From positions 864,001-928,000 of the forward strand of contig CAWJET010000002.1 in the NCBI GenBank assembly GCA_963842085.1: a stretch of 64,000 nucleotides of DNA, read 5' to 3'. The notes under the pieces were generated by a model. That model was not told where the DNA came from, ran no database searches, and worked only from the letters and a program-made list of their open reading frames with translations. Made by a program: the position numbers and the translations under genes. Positions within the stretch are counted from its first letter, which is position 1; the number at the start of each line of letters is the position of its first letter. Shown here one piece after another: positions 59,193 to 64,000 of the stretch. Origin of the DNA: an uncultured delta proteobacterium (lineage in GTDB: Bacteria > Desulfobacterota > Binatia > Binatales > Binataceae).

Positions 59193-59702
59193 ATGACTCT
59201 ATCTCCCGAGAAGACAACGCGGCGTACCTTTCTCTTTCGTCTTGGGATAGCTATTAACGCAATAGCCATTGCGCTATTCGCAATACCAATTGTCGGCTAT
59301 GTGCTATCGCCCGGCCGCCGCTTCACCTGGCTCGACTGGATACCGCTCGGCCCGCTCACTGACTATCCAGAACACCAGACGCGCCTGGCCGAGTATGTAA
59401 ACCCGTTCAAACGAGCCTGGGACGGCGAGACCGCCAGGATTCCCTGCTGGGTGCGACGCCTCGCCGGCGACGAGTTCCAGGTCTTCGCCATCAATTGCAC
59501 CCATCTCGGGTGTCCCGTGCGGTGGTTCGCCGAATCCGAACTGTTTATGTGCCCCTGCCACGGCGGCGTATTTTATTCCGACGGCAGGCACGCGTCGGGA
59601 CCTCCACCGCGCCCGCTGTATCAATATAAATACAAGGTCGAGGCCGGCAAGCTGTGGATTCGCGCCGGCGAATTGCCCACGCTCGGCGAGCCGCAAGCAT
59701 GA
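59193..59702 (+). CDS. Rieske iron-sulfur subunit (QcrA-like)
   Basis: Tat TRRTFL; CTHLGC; CPCHGG; GPPPRPL. Confidence 0.95.
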   Translation: MTLSPEKTTRRTFLFRLGIAINAIAIALFAIPIVGYVLSPGRRFTWLDWIPLGPLTDYPEHQTRLAEYVNPFKRAWDGETARIPCWVRRLAGDEFQVFAINCTHLGCPVRWFAESELFMCPCHGGVFYSDGRHASGPPPRPLYQYKYKVEAGKLWIRAGELPTLGEPQA

Positions 59703-61165
59703 TCGACGTGCTCAAGTCCGCCGCTCGATGGCTCGACGCACGTCTCCAGCTCGGTAGTACGATCGCCGAAGTCGCCGAGCATCCCGTGCCGCGCAGCTCA
59801 GCGAGCTGGTGGTACGTATTCGGCAGCGCCACGCTCGTCGTCTTTATTTTGCAAGTAGTCAGTGGCATCTGCCTCGCGACTGTCTATACTCCCGCCGCCG
59901 ACCGCGCGTGGAACAGCCTGATATATTTGAACTACCAACAACCGCTCGGATGGTATTTGCGCGCACTGCACGGCTGGGGCTCCAACTTCATGGTCGCCCT
60001 GATGTTCGTGCATATGATCCAGGTCTTCCTGTTCGGCGCTTACAAATTTCCGCGCGAGCTCACCTGGGTCGCAGGATGCGTGCTGCTTTTGTGCACGCTC
60101 GGCATGGCGTTCACCGGCCAGGTTCTTCGTTTCGATCAGAACGCGTACTGGGGCCTCGGCATCGGCGCGTCGATCGCCGGACGCACTCCGCTCATCGGCT
60201 TCATGATCGTGCACCTCATTCTCGGCGGACCCATCATCGCCGGCGAGACCCTGTCGCGCTTCTTCACCCTGCACGTGTTCGTGATTCCCGCGCTGCTGAT
60301 TGGCTTCGTCGGCTTGCATCTATTCTTAGTATTGCGATTAGGCATCAACGAATGGCCGATGCCCGGTCGAATAGTCAGACGCAATACCTACATCGAACAG
60401 TATCGAGCACTAGTACAGGCAGACGGCGAGCCGTTCCTTCCATTCGCTGCGCAAAAAGATCTCATCTTCGCCGGACTGATTATCCTGGGCCTGCTCGTAG
60501 TAGCCGCTGTCGAAGGCCCGATCGGTCCCAACGGCCAGCCCGATCCGACAATCATCCAGACGGTGCCGCGCCCCGACTTTTTCTTCCTCTGGCTATTCTC
60601 GCTGTTCGCATTGCTGCCGCCGTGGACCGAAACCTTCCTGATGCTCACCGGTCCGGTCGCGGTCATCGGACTTTTGTTCGCCGTGCCTTTCATTTCCGGG
60701 ACCGGGGAGAAAAGCTGGCGTCGCCGTCCCTTCTCCGTCGTGATCGTTATTCTCGCCGTCACGATCGTCGGCACGCTGACCTGGCTGGGCACGTTTTCGC
60801 CATGGTCGCCCGTGATGGACGCGTGGAGCGCCGCGCCGACGCCGGTTGACTACGTCAGGGGCCGCACTCCGCTGGAACTTCAGGGCGCGCTACTCGTGCA
60901 GAGCAAGCAGTGCCGCAACTGCCACTCGCTCGGCGGCGTAGGCGGGATGCGCGGCCCCGCGCTCGACGACACCGCCACCCGCCTCACGCGCGACCAGATC
61001 GTTCGCCAGATCATTCAAGGTGGCGGCAACATGCCGGCCTACGGCAAGAACCTCACGCCCGCGGAAGTCAACGCGCTCGTCGCATTTCTCGCCACGATGC
61101 ATCCACGCGGCGAACCTCCCGCACGCGACTCGGCGCGGCCCGCCGTCCCCGCATCGAGCAACTAA
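59699..61165 (+). CDS. Cytochrome b (b6-like + subunit IV) fused to a C-terminal cytochrome c
   Basis: Four heme His (LHGW..VHM; LHVF..LHL); PDFF at the PEWY position; CRNCH...NMP; ATGA-coupled to the Rieske gene. Confidence 0.93.
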   Translation: MIDVLKSAARWLDARLQLGSTIAEVAEHPVPRSSASWWYVFGSATLVVFILQVVSGICLATVYTPAADRAWNSLIYLNYQQPLGWYLRALHGWGSNFMVALMFVHMIQVFLFGAYKFPRELTWVAGCVLLLCTLGMAFTGQVLRFDQNAYWGLGIGASIAGRTPLIGFMIVHLILGGPIIAGETLSRFFTLHVFVIPALLIGFVGLHLFLVLRLGINEWPMPGRIVRRNTYIEQYRALVQADGEPFLPFAAQKDLIFAGLIILGLLVVAAVEGPIGPNGQPDPTIIQTVPRPDFFFLWLFSLFALLPPWTETFLMLTGPVAVIGLLFAVPFISGTGEKSWRRRPFSVVIVILAVTIVGTLTWLGTFSPWSPVMDAWSAAPTPVDYVRGRTPLELQGALLVQSKQCRNCHSLGGVGGMRGPALDDTATRLTRDQIVRQIIQGGGNMPAYGKNLTPAEVNALVAFLATMHPRGEPPARDSARPAVPASSN

Positions 61166-61184
61166 GCGCACGAGCATCTTCGCC

Positions 61185-62078
61185 GTGAACTCCGCAATAC
61201 AAAGCGCCTTCGATTCGTGGACTCCTCCCGTCGCCACTATCGCGACGCTGCTACTCACCGCCGCTGTGTACGCGCGCGGCTTCGCGCGCCTGCACCGGCA
61301 GATGCCGCAACGCTTCCCCGTCTGGCGACTTGCGTCGTTCATGGCCGGAATCGCCGCGCTCTTCATCGCGATCGCCTCGCCGCTCGAGGCGCTCGACGAC
61401 CTGCTGCTGCAGATTCACATGACGCAGCATCTCATTCTGATGCTGGTCGCGCCGTCGCTTCTGCTCGCGGGCGCACCGGCGATCGCGCTCGTGCGCGGGC
61501 TCCCTCCACGTATCGCCCGGGCGCTCGTCGGCCCAATTCTTCGCTCGACTGCCGCGCGCCGGCTCTTCGCATGGCTGACGGAGCCGCTGGTATGCTGGCT
61601 CGCATTCGTCGCCGCGACCTGGGGATGGCATCTGCCCTCCACCTTTCAGCTCGCGCTGCGCTCCGACGGATGGCACGTGGTCGAGCACGCATGCTTTTTC
61701 ACCACCGCGCTAATGTTCTGGTACCCGGTCATCCAGCCGTGGCCGAGCGCCGCGCGATGGCCGCGATGGGCGATGCTTCCATATCTGTTGCTCGCCGACG
61801 GTCAGAACACAGTCCTTTCCGCGCTGTTCATGTTTTCCGATCGGTTGCTTTATCCGTTCTATGCGGCCGCGCCCCGCGTCGCGGGCTTCACTCCCCTTGG
61901 CGACCAGATTGTCGCCGGCGCTATCATGTGGGTGCCCGGTTCGGTTTTTTATCTCGTGCCGGCCGCGCTCATCATGTTTCAGATGCTCGCGCCGCGAAAC
62001 CTGCTGTCTCCTCTCCCCGCAAGGGAGAGGACTAAGGTGAGGGTCCTTATTCAGCGCGCATTTTCCGCGCGCGATTGA
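61185..62078 (+). CDS. ctaG: CtaG-like caa3 oxidase assembly factor
   Basis: ASPL, HMTQHLILM, WH.P, HVVEH, DQ..AG.IMWVPG. Confidence 0.88.
   Translation: MNSAIQSAFDSWTPPVATIATLLLTAAVYARGFARLHRQMPQRFPVWRLASFMAGIAALFIAIASPLEALDDLLLQIHMTQHLILMLVAPSLLLAGAPAIALVRGLPPRIARALVGPILRSTAARRLFAWLTEPLVCWLAFVAATWGWHLPSTFQLALRSDGWHVVEHACFFTTALMFWYPVIQPWPSAARWPRWAMLPYLLLADGQNTVLSALFMFSDRLLYPFYAAAPRVAGFTPLGDQIVAGAIMWVPGSVFYLVPAALIMFQMLAPRNLLSPLPARERTKVRVLIQRAFSARD
62010..62043 (+). repeat. REP-like palindrome inside the 3' end of ctaG
   Basis: CCTCTCCC-CGCAA-GGGAGAGG-ACTAAGGTGAGGG. Confidence 0.65.
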
Positions 62079-62109
62079 AGGTTCTGCTCTGCGTTAGAAG
62101 GAGTCCGTC

Positions 62110-63744
62110 ATGCCAGCATGGATCTCCCTTACCGAGCGCCCCGCGTGGAAGGCCTTGCAGGCGCATTACAATCAGATCCACAGCCTCCACCTGAAAGCCC
62201 TGTTCGCCGAAGATCCGAAGCGCGGCGAACGGCTCGTGGTCGAGGCCGCCGGCCTGTACTTCGACTATTCCAAGCATCGCGTGACCGACGAGACTCTTCG
62301 CCTGCTGCTCGCGCTGGCCGACGAGGTCGGACTCCGCGCGCGCATCGACGCGATGTTTCGCGGCGACAAAATCAACGTGACCGAGAAGCGCGCCGTCCTG
62401 CATATCGCGCTGCGTGCACCGCGCGGCGTTTCGATCGGCGTTGACGGCGACGACGTGGTGCCCAAAGTCCACGAGGTGCTCGATCGCATGGCCGACTTTT
62501 CCGCGCGCATCCGCGACGGCTCCTGGAAAGGCCACACCGGCAAGCGCATCCGCAACATAATTAATATAGGTATCGGCGGCTCCGACCTCGGCCCGGTCAT
62601 GGCCTACGAGGCGCTGCGCCACTACAGCGACCGCAACCTGACCGTGCGCTTCGTCTCCAACGTCGACGGCACCGATTTCGCCGAGGCCACCCGCGACCTC
62701 GATCCGGCCGAAACGCTGTTCATCATTTCGTCGAAGACTTTCACCACGCTCGAGACGATGACCAACGCGCACACCGCGCGCGATTGGTCTCTCGCCGCGC
62801 TCGGTGACGACAAGGCGGTGGCGAAGCATTTCGTCGCGGTCTCGACCAACGCCGCCGAAGTGACGAAGTTCGGCATCGACACGAAAAACATGTTCGGCTT
62901 CTGGGATTGGGTCGGCGGCCGCTACTCGATGGACTCCGCGATAGGCCTGTCCACGATGCTCGCGGTCGGCGCCGACAACTTCTGTGCGATGCTGTCGGGC
63001 TTCCACGCGATCGACGAGCATTTCCGCACCGCGCCGTTCGCGCGCAACATTCCGGTCCTGATGGGCCTGCTCGGCGTCTGGTACAACGACTTCTTCGGCG
63101 CGCAGACCGTCGCCGTGCTGCCCTATGAGCAATACCTGAAGCGCTTTCCCGCCTACCTGCAACAGCTAACGATGGAATCGAACGGCAAGCACGTCACGCT
63201 CGACGGCGCGCCCGTCGATTACCAGACCGGACCGATTTACTGGGGCGAGCCCGGCACCAACGGCCAGCATTCGTTCTACCAGCTAATCCACCAGGGCACG
63301 AAACTAATCCCATGCGACTTCATAGGATTCTGCCGCGCCCTCAACCCGCTGGGACGCCATCACGACCTGCTGCTCTCAAACATCTTCGCCCAAGCCGAAG
63401 CTCTGGCCTTTGGAAAAACCCCCGAACAGGTAAAGGCCGAAGGCACCCCCGACTGGCTGGTGCCAGCGAGAGTATTCGAAGGCAATCGCCCATCGACGGT
63501 AATCCTGGCCGACGAACTAACCCCAGAAATCCTAGGCAAGCTGGTAGCCCTATACGAACACAGCGTCTTCACCCAAGGCACCATCTGGAACATCGACTCA
63601 TTCGATCAATGGGGCGTAGAGCTAGGCAAGGTGCTAGCCCAAAAAATAATCCCCGAACTGGAATCTCCCAATGAACCCCCACTCGCGCACGACAGCTCCA
63701 CCAACGCACTAATCCGAAGGTATCGCGCGCGGCGCAAAAGTTGA
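62110..63744 (+). CDS. pgi: Glucose-6-phosphate isomerase
   Basis: [44 protein letters not shown]. Confidence 0.98.
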   Translation: MPAWISLTERPAWKALQAHYNQIHSLHLKALFAEDPKRGERLVVEAAGLYFDYSKHRVTDETLRLLLALADEVGLRARIDAMFRGDKINVTEKRAVLHIALRAPRGVSIGVDGDDVVPKVHEVLDRMADFSARIRDGSWKGHTGKRIRNIINIGIGGSDLGPVMAYEALRHYSDRNLTVRFVSNVDGTDFAEATRDLDPAETLFIISSKTFTTLETMTNAHTARDWSLAALGDDKAVAKHFVAVSTNAAEVTKFGIDTKNMFGFWDWVGGRYSMDSAIGLSTMLAVGADNFCAMLSGFHAIDEHFRTAPFARNIPVLMGLLGVWYNDFFGAQTVAVLPYEQYLKRFPAYLQQLTMESNGKHVTLDGAPVDYQTGPIYWGEPGTNGQHSFYQLIHQGTKLIPCDFIGFCRALNPLGRHHDLLLSNIFAQAEALAFGKTPEQVKAEGTPDWLVPARVFEGNRPSTVILADELTPEILGKLVALYEHSVFTQGTIWNIDSFDQWGVELGKVLAQKIIPELESPNEPPLAHDSSTNALIRRYRARRKS

Positions 63745-63774
63745 TGACGATACGAGAGGCCACTCACCTTTTTG

Positions 63775-63802
63775 TGTCATCCTGAGCGCAGTGAAGGAAC
63801 CC
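63775..63802 (+). repeat. Half of a REP-like element (TGTCATCCTGAGCGCAGTGAAGGA)
   Basis: Matches a GTCATCCTGAGC...GAAGGA repeat type I recognise from GC-rich soil bacteria; single copy here. Confidence 0.5.
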
Positions 63803-63887
63803 GGATCCAAGAGTTGCGCGAAGCAGTTGAAGAAAGGATGAAAATGTCGTCGGTCGTGCGGCGGGCAAAAACTGGTTCGCGAACTGA

Positions 63888-64000
63888 ATGAAATCGGACG
63901 TGCAGCCCGCCTACGACGATGCAGCCAAAGCCTATGCCGACCGGCTTTTCGGTGAGCTCGCGCATAAGCCCTTCGATCGCGCGAGGCTCAGGCCGCGAGG
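63888..64000 (+). CDS. Probable class I SAM methyltransferase N-terminus (partial)
   Basis: MKSDVQPAYDDAAKAYADRLFGELAHKPFDRA; runs off the window. Confidence 0.5.
   Translation, partial: MKSDVQPAYDDAAKAYADRLFGELAHKPFDRARLRPR

Overview
GC-rich bacterial chromosomal window. Gene style and repeat types tentatively suggest a Binatota (Ca. Binatus-like) soil organism; this is an inference, not a database result. It falls into four blocks. (1) 1-23854 is an accessory-looking region downstream of a tRNA-Gly(CCC). It holds two secreted arylsulfatases, an octaheme cytochrome c-HEAT-TPR protein, an AI-2E transporter, a K+ channel, FadL and OmpA outer-membrane proteins, DUF2092 and hypothetical exported proteins, a frameshifted GH-A glycoside hydrolase, a MITE, and a GAF kinase / FixJ-like / single-domain RR / Crp-Fnr regulatory set. 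Four promoter regions in this block share the palindrome TATTGTAC-N4-GTACAATA, which suggests a self-contained, uncharacterised regulon and is the best novel-system candidate. (2) 24-44.7 kb is mostly housekeeping-type genes: mpg, two ArnT-like glycosyltransferases, DUF62, site-2 protease, dCMP deaminase, HIT, sirtuin, redoxins, an ECF sigma operon, xdhC/mocA and a sigma54 activator. (3) 44.76-53 kb is a sigma54-preceded Tad/Flp pilus locus with several lesions and a silent, truncated second pilin copy. (4) 54.2-62.1 kb is a joint caa3 oxidase + Rieske/cytochrome b-c operon resembling a supercomplex, followed by pgi; these genes show patches of A/T-ending synonymous codons. No CRISPR array, rRNA, integrase or transposase was seen.
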